DNA of 64,000 nt, taken from assembly GCA_964653095.1 (NCBI GenBank), contig CAZZEH010000007.1, positions 27,884 to 91,883 on the forward strand, in the 5' to 3' direction. Within the stretch, counting starts at the first letter, position 1. Each line of letters starts with the position of its first letter. Shown here piece by piece: positions 1-10,284 of the stretch. The position numbers were made by a program, and so were the translations under genes. This DNA comes from an uncultured Chitinophagales bacterium. Its GTDB lineage: Bacteria; Bacteroidota; Bacteroidia; Chitinophagales; JADIYW01. The notes beneath the pieces were generated by a model. That model did not search any database and had not been told where the DNA came from. It saw only the letters and a list, made by a program, of their open reading frames with translations.

Positions 1-51
1 ACCGCTGAATCGAATTTTACAAAACTCTTTTTACCCCGTAAGAATATCAAT

Positions 52-627
52 TTACAATTGAGCCATTACTCCACAAAGTGCAGAAAAGACTTCCTCAATA
101 GTGCCTTCACTTTGCACTTCTGTAAACTTACCACGGGCTTTGTAGTATTCTGCTACAGCAGTAGTTTCATTCAAATAAACTTTAAATCTGTTTTTTATTA
201 TTTCAGGATTATTATCATCTGACCTTCCGGAAGTCAGTCCTCTGTTAAGGATTCTCGCTACAATCTCTTCTTCTGAAACATTTAAAGCAATCAACTGCGT
301 AATCTCGGTGTTTTTAAAATCTAACAGTTTATCCAATGCTTCTGCCTGTGCAACTGTTCTCGGGAAACCGTCAAAAATAAACCCTTTCACAGTATCTGCA
401 TTTTGATCCAACTGGCTGCTTATCATACCGATTACTACTTCATCCGGAACCAACTCACCTTTGTCGATATATTTTTTGGCTTCAACTCCTAAAGGTGTTT
501 CATTTTTAAGTTCACTACGCAGTAAATCTCCGGTCGAGATATGCAGTAACTGATATCTCTCCACAAGATTTTCGGCCTGAGTCCCTTTTCCGCTTCCCGG
601 AGGACCAAATAGAATAATATTTAACAT
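52..627 (-). CDS. adk: adenylate kinase
   Basis: 191-aa ORF. P-loop GPPGSGKGTQ, the 'ISTGDLLR' motif, and a short LID without zinc Cys. Confidence 0.95.
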   Translation of the reverse strand: MLNIILFGPPGSGKGTQAENLVERYQLLHISTGDLLRSELKNETPLGVEAKKYIDKGELVPDEVVIGMISSQLDQNADTVKGFIFDGFPRTVAQAEALDKLLDFKNTEITQLIALNVSEEEIVARILNRGLTSGRSDDNNPEIIKNRFKVYLNETTAVAEYYKARGKFTEVQSEGTIEEVFSALCGVMAQL

Positions 628-670
628 AAAGACTTAATGTATTTGAGCAAAAATAACAATATATGTTTTT

Positions 671-1213
671 CTATGGGTTAACTATTTGATAAATATTAGT
701 CAAGTTACGCCCTCTGAAATTATAATCCAAGCCATAACCTATCACAAACTCCGGTCCGATGCTAAAGCCGTAATAATTTAAATCTACATCTCTTATCAGG
801 TTTTGCGGCTTAAAAAGGAGTGAAACTATGGCAACCGAGCCGGCATTCAGGTTTTGAACGTAATCTCTAAAATAATCCATGGTACAACCTGAGTCCACAA
901 TATCTTCTAAAATTATTACATCACGCCCTTTTATCATTTCGTCCGTAATTCCAATGCAGTTAATTACTTCTCCTGAGCTTTCTTTTCCTACATACGAGAG
1001 AAGCTTGACAAATTCAATTTGACATAAATCGGTATAAGAATGAAAAAACTCACTTGCAAACATAAAAGCACCGTTCAATACTACAATAAATAAAGGGTCT
1101 TTATCTTCATAGTCTTTTTGTACCTTTTTGGCTAATTCTTTAATTCTTTTTTCAATTTGCTCCCGTGTAAGAAACAGTTTAAAATTCTTACCGTCAATCT
1201 GAATATTGTCCAT
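671..1213 (-). CDS. hpt: hypoxanthine phosphoribosyltransferase
   Basis: 180-aa ORF with PRPP-binding motif VIILEDIVDSGCT. Size is typical of 6-oxopurine PRTases. Confidence 0.9.
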   Translation of the reverse strand: MDNIQIDGKNFKLFLTREQIEKRIKELAKKVQKDYEDKDPLFIVVLNGAFMFASEFFHSYTDLCQIEFVKLLSYVGKESSGEVINCIGITDEMIKGRDVIILEDIVDSGCTMDYFRDYVQNLNAGSVAIVSLLFKPQNLIRDVDLNYYGFSIGPEFVIGYGLDYNFRGRNLTNIYQIVNP

Positions 1214-1220
1214 TTTTCTT

Positions 1221-2627
1221 TTATTGTAAAATAATTAATTGTTGATTCAGTTGTATGCTGTTGTCTTCCAAATTATTCCAGGATTTCAATTGCTCTACAG
1301 TTATTTTGTATTTTTTGGAGATATTATAGAGTGTATCGCCTTCCGTCACTATATGATAAAACAATTTAGCATCTGCCGGAAGCTGTCTGTTGTCCTGACT
1401 TTCATCTGTATAATTCAAACGAATAGTAAAAGGATGATAATCTGTAATTTCTATTTCGGCAGCTTCTGTTGGTTTGATGCGGGCTTCGGTCTTCTCCCCT
1501 TCTGTTCCTTCATCTGCTTTTACCTGATTTGTATCGGGAACCTCTTTAATCTCCTTGATGTCAGGTTTGTCTTCTTCTTTTAGTTCCTTTTCAGAAATAA
1601 TCCTCAGTTTAGGCTTCTTCTTAGCTTTCTTCCTAAGATACAAAGTGGTTCCTTCCTGGGGTTCCTCACCTTTGCTGAGTAAATTCCTCTTATAAAGCTT
1701 TTTTAATTTGACCCCGTAGTTTTGTGAGATACCCCATAAATTCTCGTGTTTCAAAACGAGATGAGTTTTCTTTTTTGCTTTATTCTTTTTAGGCGCGAGA
1801 TACACTAAATCTCCTGCACTAAGCTCCTGATTGAAGCTCAAATCATTATAGGCTTTTAGTTTAAACAGAGGTGTACTAAATCTTTTACTGATAATCTCCA
1901 ATGTCTCATTCTTTTGAAGTCGGACAACCTTTACGTTGTTATTATAAAAAACCGTACTTAAATGAAATTTTGCTTCGGTCGAAATGGTCGGAGATCCGTT
2001 CGGTTCTATCTTAGTTCCGTTTTTAGGCAGGTCTGCAATCTTGCCCTTCTCTCTTTCTGCTTCTCTGTGTCGGTATGCTTCTATTTCACTGTCCGTCAAA
2101 TCCATATCATAGGCAAATAGCTGATATCTTTCAATTACATCTATCAGCATATAAGCATATTGGGGATTTGTTGCGTATCCTGCCGCCTTCAGACCATGCG
2201 CCCAGCCTTTGTAGTCATTCGTTTTCAGCTTAAATAAATTTGCATATCTCGATCTGGTGCTTAAAAATTGAGAATGGTCAAGAAACGATTGATTGGGATC
2301 GTCATACACTCTGAAGCATTCATCTACGGCATCGTCTGTGTGTTTCATACTTCTGCCTGTCCATCCCAAATGACATTTGATACCAAAATGATTGTTTCCC
2401 TGAACTGCCAGGCGGCTTTTCCCGGCTCCGCTTTCAAGTAATCCCTGAGCCAATTTAATGCTGGCAGGAATACCGTGCTTCTTCATTTCTGATATCGCTA
2501 CTCTCTTATATTTTTGAATATACTCTTCTGCTGCATCATTCGCTTTCGCTTTGTGGCTAACAGTGGATACGCTCAATAAAAAAATCAATAGTGATTTGAT
2601 CCAAAAACTTCTATTTCCCGAATGCAT
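1221..2627 (-). CDS. secreted peptidoglycan hydrolase: N-terminal glucosaminidase domain plus LysM repeats
   Basis: Signal peptide, then the glucosaminidase-like block 'AQGLLESGAGKSRLAVQGNNHFGIK'. Lys-rich linkers follow, with LysM-like repeats (e.g. 'GDTLYNISKKYKITVEQLKSWNNL'). Confidence 0.75.
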   Translation of the reverse strand: MHSGNRSFWIKSLLIFLLSVSTVSHKAKANDAAEEYIQKYKRVAISEMKKHGIPASIKLAQGLLESGAGKSRLAVQGNNHFGIKCHLGWTGRSMKHTDDAVDECFRVYDDPNQSFLDHSQFLSTRSRYANLFKLKTNDYKGWAHGLKAAGYATNPQYAYMLIDVIERYQLFAYDMDLTDSEIEAYRHREAEREKGKIADLPKNGTKIEPNGSPTISTEAKFHLSTVFYNNNVKVVRLQKNETLEIISKRFSTPLFKLKAYNDLSFNQELSAGDLVYLAPKKNKAKKKTHLVLKHENLWGISQNYGVKLKKLYKRNLLSKGEEPQEGTTLYLRKKAKKKPKLRIISEKELKEEDKPDIKEIKEVPDTNQVKADEGTEGEKTEARIKPTEAAEIEITDYHPFTIRLNYTDESQDNRQLPADAKLFYHIVTEGDTLYNISKKYKITVEQLKSWNNLEDNSIQLNQQLIILQ

Positions 2628-2630
2628 TTT

Positions 2631-3269
2631 TTATTTTTTATAAATGAGAGAAATTCCGTCCCGTACGGATAATAAGACATTTTCTACCCGGTCGTCAGAA
2701 TTTATTTTCCTGTTGAAAGCTCTCAGTGCCTCTGTTTTTTTATTGATGTTATCAGAAACTACTTGACCTTTCCAAAGTACATTATCTACCAAAATAACTC
2801 CTCCCGAACGTACTTTGCCGATAATCAAATCAAAATACAGGCTGTAATTTAATTTATCCGCATCAATAAACACTAAGTCAAATACAAGCTCCTGCTGAGG
2901 AATGAGCTCTGATGCCTTTCCAATCATCGGGATAATTTTATCAGACAATCCTGCTGCCTGAATTGCTTCACTGACCATATCTGCTCTCTCTTCATTGATA
3001 TCTATCGTAATCAGCTTACCATTTTCAGTAAGCCCTTCTGCAAGGCAAAGTGCCGAATATCCCGTAAAAGTTCCTATCTCCAGAATATAATCGGATCGTA
3101 CCATTTTGCTTATCAAAGCCAAGAGCCTCCCCTGCACTTTACCGGAAATCATTCCGGGCATCAGCACATCCGTATAAGTTTTCCGCTCTAAAAGATTTAA
3201 AATATTAGAGGCTTCAGAAGTATGATCGTATATGTAATCTTCAAGCTCTTCTGATATCAGTCCCGACAT
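2631..3269 (-). CDS. class I SAM-dependent O-methyltransferase (caffeoyl-CoA OMT-like family)
   Basis: 212 aa. SAM-binding block 'ILEIGTFTGYSALCLAEGL' and 'FIDADK' motif, both typical of O-methyltransferase family 3. Confidence 0.85.
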   Translation of the reverse strand: MSGLISEELEDYIYDHTSEASNILNLLERKTYTDVLMPGMISGKVQGRLLALISKMVRSDYILEIGTFTGYSALCLAEGLTENGKLITIDINEERADMVSEAIQAAGLSDKIIPMIGKASELIPQQELVFDLVFIDADKLNYSLYFDLIIGKVRSGGVILVDNVLWKGQVVSDNINKKTEALRAFNRKINSDDRVENVLLSVRDGISLIYKK

Positions 3270-3271
3270 AA

Positions 3272-3775
3272 CTATTCTATTTCAATAATCACCTGGTTTT
3301 TGTCCACCGCATCATTTTGGCTGACCAACACACTTTTCACCACTCCATCTCCTGCACTTTTTATTATATTTTCCATTTTCATGGCTTCAAGAATCACGAG
3401 AGAATCACCTTTTTTTACTTCATCGCCGGGAGAGACCAACAGTTTAAGTACCAATCCGGGCATAGGTGCCGTGACATTACCCATCTTTTCAGAATTGGCC
3501 ACAGACATTCCCATCTCCTGAAGCTGGATATCCAGTTCATCCTTCAGGTCAAGGACAAACACTTCTTCATTTACTTTAATTTTAAAATGCTTCTTCTTAA
3601 AATCAGAGTCTAAAACTTCTAAATTATACGATTTATTATCCTGTATGATGTGATACTTTTCAGAACTCACTTGCAGCATATCCAACTCAATCGGCTCATT
3701 ATTCAGCAGTATTTCTCCATTATTAAAAACGACCTCAACACTATTTTCTTTTATATCTTTAACTTTATATTTCAT
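3272..3775 (-). CDS. biotin/lipoyl-attachment protein (biotin carboxyl carrier protein-like)
   Basis: C-terminal biotinyl domain with the canonical 'EAMKMEN' biotinylation motif. Confidence 0.8.
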   Translation of the reverse strand: MKYKVKDIKENSVEVVFNNGEILLNNEPIELDMLQVSSEKYHIIQDNKSYNLEVLDSDFKKKHFKIKVNEEVFVLDLKDELDIQLQEMGMSVANSEKMGNVTAPMPGLVLKLLVSPGDEVKKGDSLVILEAMKMENIIKSAGDGVVKSVLVSQNDAVDKNQVIIEIE

Positions 3776-3823
3776 ACCTAATCTCGTGCATTATTATCCA
3801 GAGAACAAGATAAAAAATATTCC

Positions 3824-6430
3824 ATGTTCTCTGTAATCAATTGCTTATTCAAACATGATTATAACGTGAACTTGATAAAAATATTAAAGCGGGTTATTAT
3901 TTTCTTGATTCTGACCCAAAGCCTCAGCAGTCATGCTCAAATTTTAAAAAAGAAGAGAATCCAAAAGTCAATCCGTTCTAACTTGATAGACGAAGAGGTT
4001 TTCATGGATACTATGGATGTTTATCCTTTAAATCCGATTACAGATTATAAGGGATTTACACCAAAAATCTTCGATCTTATTCATACGAAACTGATTCTTA
4101 CACCTTCTTTCAAAGACAGAACGATACAGGGAGAGGCTTTTTTAAGGCTCCATGCCCACTTTCACAGTCAGTCTTCTATTATCATAGATGCCAAAGGAAT
4201 GGCGTTTGATACTGTTTCATATAGTCTGGATCATTTTACTGGTCCTCTGAAATATCAATATGACGGACAGAAGCTTACAGTCAACTTTCCGCAGACGGTC
4301 AGCATCCACGACACTTTTGAGTTAAAAATACAGTACACGGCTTATCCTTACAATCTTAATGAGGAACAAAGAAAATTTGGTCAGGGAAGTTATTTTATCA
4401 ATAGTCAACACACCAATCCATACAGACATACCATTTTTTGGACACAGGGCGAACCGGAATCTGCTTCGTGCTGGTTTCCTACTTTAGATGCTCCCAATCA
4501 GAAATGTACTCAGGAAATTACAGTAACAGTCCCGGACAGTATGCGGACTATATCTAACGGTACATTAGAGAAATCTGTACTTCATCAGAACCGCACCCGT
4601 TCGGATTATTGGGTTCAGGATTTACCTCACAGTCCCTATCTGTTTGCATTGGTCGTCGGTCCTTATCAAAAATATGAGCGTCTTTGGAGAGATAAATCAG
4701 TCAATTATTATACACTCCATTCGGATAGTTCAAACATTCTGACAGCTTTTGAGAACACACCTAAGATGCTGGAATTTTTCACTTCAGCCTTTGGGGTGGA
4801 CTTCCCTTGGGATAATTATGAACAAGTACCGGTATATGACTTCATCTCAGGTGCAATGGAAAATACAACAGCTTCCGTTTTTCATGAAGGATTAATGGTT
4901 TCTCCGTCGGATTTAAACGACCGAATATGGAAACAGGATTTAATAGTGGCACATGAACTTGCGCATCACTGGTTTGGAAATTTAGTAACTCCTGTCAGTT
5001 GGTCACATCTTACTTTAAGCGAATCGTTTGCCAGCTTTAGTGAAGTCTTATGGCTTGAACACTGGAAAGGGAAGCGCGATGCGGATGTGCATTGGAGAAA
5101 CAGGTATGGCCAATATCTGAACGAATATAAATTTCATAAATCAGAACCCATAGTTCAGCCATATTATTCCCACCCAATTGAAATTTTTGACAGACACAGA
5201 TACGATAAAGGCAGTGCCGTTTTACACCTCTTGAGACAATATATAGGCGATAAGGCATTTTTTGCCGGTCTGAAAGAATATCTTTCCGCAAATGCATATG
5301 GTCACGCAGAAATCAGTCATCTAAGACTGGCTTTTGAAAAAGTCACCGGAGAGGATTTGCATTGGTTTTTCAATCAGTGGTTTTATAATCCCGGCCATCC
5401 TATTGTGGAAATTACTCATGGTTATAACGAATCTGGTAAAGAAGTATTTATCCGATTTGAGCAAACACAAATGAAAAATGAAAATGTCCGGGTACCGCTC
5501 CACAAAATAATAGTAAACACGGATATCATATTTTCAGATACTATACTTCAAAAACAGTTTATTCTGTCTAATAAGATTGAAGAGTTTAAACTTCCGGCTA
5601 ATAAAAAGCCATTGGCAATCCATATAGATCCCGGAAAAAAGCAATTATGGGAGGCGCACTATGATTATTCGGAAGAAGAATTAGCTGCCATCCATAAATT
5701 CTCCAATCATATTTTAGATGAGAAATTTGTGTTGGACGAGCTTAAATCAAAAAGCAAGTTTGATATTATTGCTGAAACATTTTTCGCAGACCTGCATCGC
5801 CTCCATTGGTTTACAAAAGAAAATATCTTCAGTATTGCCAATCATTTCAGCAGTACGGAGCAAAAAGGCCTTATTGAACAGGCACTCAAGGTATTGGATT
5901 CAGAGTTGCCTTTTGAAAGAAACATCTCTCTTAAAGCTTTACAGAAAGTTTCTTATTTTGATATCGTTAATCTGTCCAAATCTGTTCTGCTTCGGGACAG
6001 TTCCAATTTGGTTCGAAGTACCTGCCTAGAAATCCTGTCAGACTCTTCATACTCAGATATCTATTCGTTAGCTCAAAATTATACTGACATTCGAAATCCC
6101 GGGATTGAAAGTATATTAACGGAGATTTTTTCAAAAAAATCCAATCCTGATGATTTATGGTATTTTGAACGTTCTATACTCTCTATTCTTCACTTTTATT
6201 CAGGAAATATACTTAAGAATTTCCAGGTTTATCTCACTGGAGCAGATGATGAAACATTCCTGAAGGGACTGGATATTATAGAAAACGTTATCAAAAACGA
6301 ATATCCCAATAATCGGGTTCACCAGTCCAAACAAGTGCTAAAAAATCTGACCAGTCTCAAAATTGGTGAAGGCTGCATGAATGAAATTAAAAAGCAAAGA
6401 CTATTGGAAATGTCCGAAAAGCTTTTGTGA
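3824..6430 (+). CDS. M1-family zinc aminopeptidase (aminopeptidase N-like)
   Basis: 868 aa. GAMEN exopeptidase motif ('SGAMENTTAS') and the HEXXH-18-E zinc site ('HELAHHWFGNLV...LSESFA'). Exact start is uncertain. Confidence 0.85.
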   Translation: MFSVINCLFKHDYNVNLIKILKRVIIFLILTQSLSSHAQILKKKRIQKSIRSNLIDEEVFMDTMDVYPLNPITDYKGFTPKIFDLIHTKLILTPSFKDRTIQGEAFLRLHAHFHSQSSIIIDAKGMAFDTVSYSLDHFTGPLKYQYDGQKLTVNFPQTVSIHDTFELKIQYTAYPYNLNEEQRKFGQGSYFINSQHTNPYRHTIFWTQGEPESASCWFPTLDAPNQKCTQEITVTVPDSMRTISNGTLEKSVLHQNRTRSDYWVQDLPHSPYLFALVVGPYQKYERLWRDKSVNYYTLHSDSSNILTAFENTPKMLEFFTSAFGVDFPWDNYEQVPVYDFISGAMENTTASVFHEGLMVSPSDLNDRIWKQDLIVAHELAHHWFGNLVTPVSWSHLTLSESFASFSEVLWLEHWKGKRDADVHWRNRYGQYLNEYKFHKSEPIVQPYYSHPIEIFDRHRYDKGSAVLHLLRQYIGDKAFFAGLKEYLSANAYGHAEISHLRLAFEKVTGEDLHWFFNQWFYNPGHPIVEITHGYNESGKEVFIRFEQTQMKNENVRVPLHKIIVNTDIIFSDTILQKQFILSNKIEEFKLPANKKPLAIHIDPGKKQLWEAHYDYSEEELAAIHKFSNHILDEKFVLDELKSKSKFDIIAETFFADLHRLHWFTKENIFSIANHFSSTEQKGLIEQALKVLDSELPFERNISLKALQKVSYFDIVNLSKSVLLRDSSNLVRSTCLEILSDSSYSDIYSLAQNYTDIRNPGIESILTEIFSKKSNPDDLWYFERSILSILHFYSGNILKNFQVYLTGADDETFLKGLDIIENVIKNEYPNNRVHQSKQVLKNLTSLKIGEGCMNEIKKQRLLEMSEKLL

Positions 6431-6450
6431 TTCAGCTAAACTCCAGATGA

Positions 6451-7377
6451 CTACAAATTAAAAGACTGATCTTCTATTTGTATTTGCCTTTGAGGCATGG
6501 TGTACGGAATAAGGCCTGCTTTTAAAATCAATTTTGCACTTTGTCTGTTATGTACAAACTTGACAAATCCCACCCCCTTCCTGCTTGGAAGTCTGCAATA
6601 CATAATCGTATAAGGTAAAATCATCGGCCATTCTCTGGTAAAAATAGTGGATTGAGATGGGAAAATTTCTTCTTTGCCATGCTTGATTCCTACCCACCTG
6701 AAACCTGATGCAATATCTTTCGATTCAGGATTATTTTGGTTACTGACCAAGGAAAAAGGCAAAACGCCAATATGAGAGGGGTGTTCTTTAAGGTATTTCT
6801 GTAACTCGTTTAAATTTTTCACCACATTAATGTTACGAATGCCTTCCAGAACACCGTTGGTTCTTAAGAAATGCTGGTATATTCCAATATAATCTGATGT
6901 GGTCACAAAGAGTTCTTCTTTTTCTCTTATCCATTGATTCAGCTGCAACTTGTCTATCAGCGTATCCGTACTTGCAGCATCTCTAACCAAAGCTACTGCA
7001 TCATAAGCAAATGTATGCTGAATAGGGTCAGATTCGTAAATTTGTTTCAATCTATTTATTTCATTTACAGAACTCTCTCGGAGCAAAACTACCAACCTTA
7101 CGCTGTCGCGGTACAATGCATCCATTACTTCAGCTTCTTCCTTATAAACCACATTGAGAGATGCCTGGGGAAAATGTGACTTAAACACTGTACCCAATTG
7201 ATCTAATAACGTACTCGTATTTTTATCTGCAAAAAGCATAATCTCGCCTGCATTGGTTTTATCCAAGTCATAGGTTTCGTATCGGCTTTGCTCTTTAATA
7301 AACACCTCTTTCCCTTTTTTATTCTTACAGGATAGAAAAGAAATTGCCATCAATAAAATTAAAAGCGTTGTTCTCAT
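6451..7377 (-). CDS. PstS-like periplasmic substrate-binding lipoprotein (tentative)
   Basis: Lipoprotein signal 'LLMAISFLSC'. The overall pattern resembles Bacteroidota PBP-like/PstS-family binding proteins, recalled from memory only. Its start overlaps the upstream ORF's stop by 4 nt (ATGA). Confidence 0.5.
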   Translation of the reverse strand: MRTTLLILLMAISFLSCKNKKGKEVFIKEQSRYETYDLDKTNAGEIMLFADKNTSTLLDQLGTVFKSHFPQASLNVVYKEEAEVMDALYRDSVRLVVLLRESSVNEINRLKQIYESDPIQHTFAYDAVALVRDAASTDTLIDKLQLNQWIREKEELFVTTSDYIGIYQHFLRTNGVLEGIRNINVVKNLNELQKYLKEHPSHIGVLPFSLVSNQNNPESKDIASGFRWVGIKHGKEEIFPSQSTIFTREWPMILPYTIMYCRLPSRKGVGFVKFVHNRQSAKLILKAGLIPYTMPQRQIQIEDQSFNL

Positions 7378-7610
7378 CGGCTTATGTTTTTATACTCTGA
7401 ATAAATCCTATAAATACGGTACACTCCATATAAAAAAGCACCCCCGCAAAATAAATATTTATATAGAGGGAAGGTGTTTAAAAAATGAGGAGAAAAGTAA
7501 AATAAGACAGAAAAACCAATGTATATAAATGCTCTGAAAAAATCTAATATAGGTTTAGGCTGAACAATAAATTTCAAGAAACTTATATTTTCTTTTTCTA
7601 ACCTTTGCAT
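7374..7610 (-). CDS. small two-helix membrane protein, unknown function
   Basis: 78 aa with two hydrophobic segments. The ATGA overlap with the downstream gene suggests translational coupling. Confidence 0.45.
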   Translation of the reverse strand: MQRLEKENISFLKFIVQPKPILDFFRAFIYIGFSVLFYFSPHFLNTFPLYKYLFCGGAFLYGVYRIYRIYSEYKNISR

Positions 7611-7657
7611 AATCTTATTTAAAGAAATATATTAAAGTAAGCTTAATAAAGTTACAT

Positions 7658-7685
7658 AAAAAAAGCGGCTTTAAAGCCGCTTTTC
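7658..7685 (-). terminator. rho-independent terminator after gldN
   Basis: On the minus strand: GC stem AGCGGC/GCCGCT with a 6-nt loop, followed by a run of seven T. It sits just downstream of the gldN stop. Confidence 0.7.
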
Positions 7686-7689
7686 ATTT

Positions 7690-8595
7690 TTAATATTCCC
7701 AGAGGTCATGTTCGAAATTGAATATCTTTTCTTTTATTCTCTCCGATTCATAGAGTTGATCAATAGGATCTTCCCAAATATCTTTCACACGTTCGTCTCT
7801 TACGTTGTCTTCCTTGTACACAACAGAGCTAAACAAACGCTGAGTAAAAATGTCATCCCATGTTAATCTGATACCGTCAGGAAAGGGATTAAAAGCTTCT
7901 GTTTTCACAAGCTTATCTCTCAAAGACGGCATAAATATCCAAAACAAAGCTTTCACTCCTCTAAACACACCCTCCTCACTGTAGTCATCCATAATAGGTG
8001 CTATTCCCTGAATACGAACCTGCATAGTGGAGTTTTGCTTATTAAAGTACCAAATCTCTTTAATTCTGTACTGCTTGACATTATCATAGTTAAAATCCTG
8101 AGTCACGACTGTCGGCACTAAAATATCCGGATTTTCAGCATCCGGCACATAGATCGTATCTGTAGTCGAACCTGTCATGGACAAAGCATCATCCGGGTCT
8201 ATCGGATTTTGAAAATCATCATCATTGGCACCAAAAACAAGCACCTCACCTGACTTCACCGCATCCAGCAAAACATTAATCAGCGGATTCTTAGGATAGG
8301 CAAACGGCTGATTCATCTTCTCTCTCGTGTCAATCACACGCCAAATTTCCTTTTTCCAAAACACATCGGCTTCTCTTATAAACTCATGTGCCAACTCCAA
8401 TCTTTGCCCGGTAATTTCATTCAGCCACGGAGTTACCTGTAATTCAGTCTGATGTACTGCTGCTGTACTCTGATCGTCCGAAACGTCGGTTGCATCTACA
8501 ACCTGCATTGTAGGTTCTTCCTGAGCCATTACTACCGTACCACCGCTGAGCGCGACTAAAGCAACGAATAATTTTAAAATTTTGTTTTTCATCAA
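7690..8595 (-). CDS. gldN: gliding motility / T9SS protein GldN (PorN)
   Basis: 301 aa with signal peptide and the conserved block 'IWRVIDTREKMNQPFAYP'. It is the last gene of a gldKLMN run. Confidence 0.9.
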   Translation of the reverse strand: MMKNKILKLFVALVALSGGTVVMAQEEPTMQVVDATDVSDDQSTAAVHQTELQVTPWLNEITGQRLELAHEFIREADVFWKKEIWRVIDTREKMNQPFAYPKNPLINVLLDAVKSGEVLVFGANDDDFQNPIDPDDALSMTGSTTDTIYVPDAENPDILVPTVVTQDFNYDNVKQYRIKEIWYFNKQNSTMQVRIQGIAPIMDDYSEEGVFRGVKALFWIFMPSLRDKLVKTEAFNPFPDGIRLTWDDIFTQRLFSSVVYKEDNVRDERVKDIWEDPIDQLYESERIKEKIFNFEHDLWEY

Positions 8596-8603
8596 TTGTC
8601 TTT

Positions 8604-10238
8604 TTATATCAACGTAAAGACTATGCCCGGTATTCTACGTGTTGTCCCATCAGGACCCTTTACTCTGATTTCTTCAAAGTAAACCATATCTCCCGGTTTC
8701 ATGTCTTTTTGGAATCCCTGTACTTGTGAAGTAAAATATGCTCCATTACAAACTGCCGATACTGGATCCTGTCTTCTTGGAACAAAAGTTACCTGATAAG
8801 ATACTACACTAAATCTCGCATCAAAGTCAAAGTTTTCCAGAACTGCTGAAAGTCCGTTTTGAACTCTCATCTCTGCTGCATTCATTCTCCCTCCGTCCTT
8901 TCCTCCTACTTTAGCTACCGGGTCAGGAATCATTTTTACTCTAAACTCTTTTGATGTCAAGCTCTTCCCTTTAGCAGATACATTTACAGTAGCTGTACCT
9001 GAAGAAGACACTCTGACATTATACTTACCGCCTGTTCCTGTAATATTACCGCCACCGCCTGAAATACTGACATTCATATCTTGTCCTCTTACCCCAGCTG
9101 CTGAAACTTCTACCGGATTATCCACTCCAATATAGAACACATTCATCTTAGTTGGTGATACAGTTGCAAACGGAGCTGCCACAGTATATTTAAAATCAGG
9201 TAGTTTATAACTCTTTACTTCATTAGTTCTATCATTTTTCACATTGATTGTTCCGGATACCGGAAACTCTCCTACTGTAGTTGCAGTTCGTTTGAAAGTA
9301 CCAACTCCATCTGAGTTAACCGGCAGACCTGCTCCATTCACACTCATAGAAACATTAGAAGTTCTGGTGTTGAATGCCGCAAGGAAAATTTCAGCCTCGA
9401 AAGTCTCGCCCAGCATTACATACGATGATGGGGCTACAATTTTTGCCTGAAACTTATCAAAAATAATCTCATCTTCCTTAAGCTCATTGGACTGACCAAC
9501 CTTTTGAAACATATAGGTTGACAAATCCGATTCTATATTTTTAACGTCTGACAAGAACTTAGTCAACATTGTTTGAGAAGCAATCGCAGGTATTTGATGA
9601 AAACTTTCTCTCACCCAGTCATTTGACGGGTTTGCTATTGGATTTCTTTCGTTTGAGGCTGAAGGAGCCTGATTAGGCAGCAGCTTAACTTTCCCCCCTT
9701 CAATTGTGAAGTTAAAGGGCCAGTTTTTGGTCACATCATTCACATCTCCTGAATCTGTCAGAGCTAAAAACTGTGTGAGTGCATTCTCTATTTTCGACTG
9801 CAATTCATATCCTTTACCTCCTTTCACATTACCTCTCTCAGTTCCTTCCACCAAAAATCTGCTGGACAAATCCACATCATCTCTTTTTTTCATATCTCCG
9901 CCGTACTCTTCTTCCGGTCCCCCGCCTTCTTCGATAAGCTGATTGATAAGTCCTTCAATATAATTCTGTAAGTCTTCTGAAAGTCCTTTCACCTGAATCG
10001 CCCTTCCCTCATATTCAATGAGTTTTTCATTTCCGGGCTCTTTTGCTTTTTTAGCGGCAAAGCTACTGTATATACTCTTTTTTCTTATATCTACTGCTTC
10101 ATTTGATTTTAGCAGGCTCTTATTAATTAGCGAAAATGCATTCAGAAGCTCTGCAGAAACGTTAAGCGCCAGCATAGCAGTCAATATAATATACATCATA
10201 TTAATCATCTGCTGCCGGTTATTTTTAGGAATACCCAT
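8604..10238 (-). CDS. gldM: gliding motility / T9SS protein GldM (PorM)
   Basis: 544 aa. The N-terminus 'RQQMINMMYIILTAMLALNVSAELLNAF' matches the signature GldM membrane anchor. Position is between gldL and gldN. Confidence 0.92.
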   Translation of the reverse strand: MGIPKNNRQQMINMMYIILTAMLALNVSAELLNAFSLINKSLLKSNEAVDIRKKSIYSSFAAKKAKEPGNEKLIEYEGRAIQVKGLSEDLQNYIEGLINQLIEEGGGPEEEYGGDMKKRDDVDLSSRFLVEGTERGNVKGGKGYELQSKIENALTQFLALTDSGDVNDVTKNWPFNFTIEGGKVKLLPNQAPSASNERNPIANPSNDWVRESFHQIPAIASQTMLTKFLSDVKNIESDLSTYMFQKVGQSNELKEDEIIFDKFQAKIVAPSSYVMLGETFEAEIFLAAFNTRTSNVSMSVNGAGLPVNSDGVGTFKRTATTVGEFPVSGTINVKNDRTNEVKSYKLPDFKYTVAAPFATVSPTKMNVFYIGVDNPVEVSAAGVRGQDMNVSISGGGGNITGTGGKYNVRVSSSGTATVNVSAKGKSLTSKEFRVKMIPDPVAKVGGKDGGRMNAAEMRVQNGLSAVLENFDFDARFSVVSYQVTFVPRRQDPVSAVCNGAYFTSQVQGFQKDMKPGDMVYFEEIRVKGPDGTTRRIPGIVFTLI

Positions 10239-10284
10239 ATTAAATCTTCGTTTTTAAGTTCAAAAATAATTTACAAACGAAGTC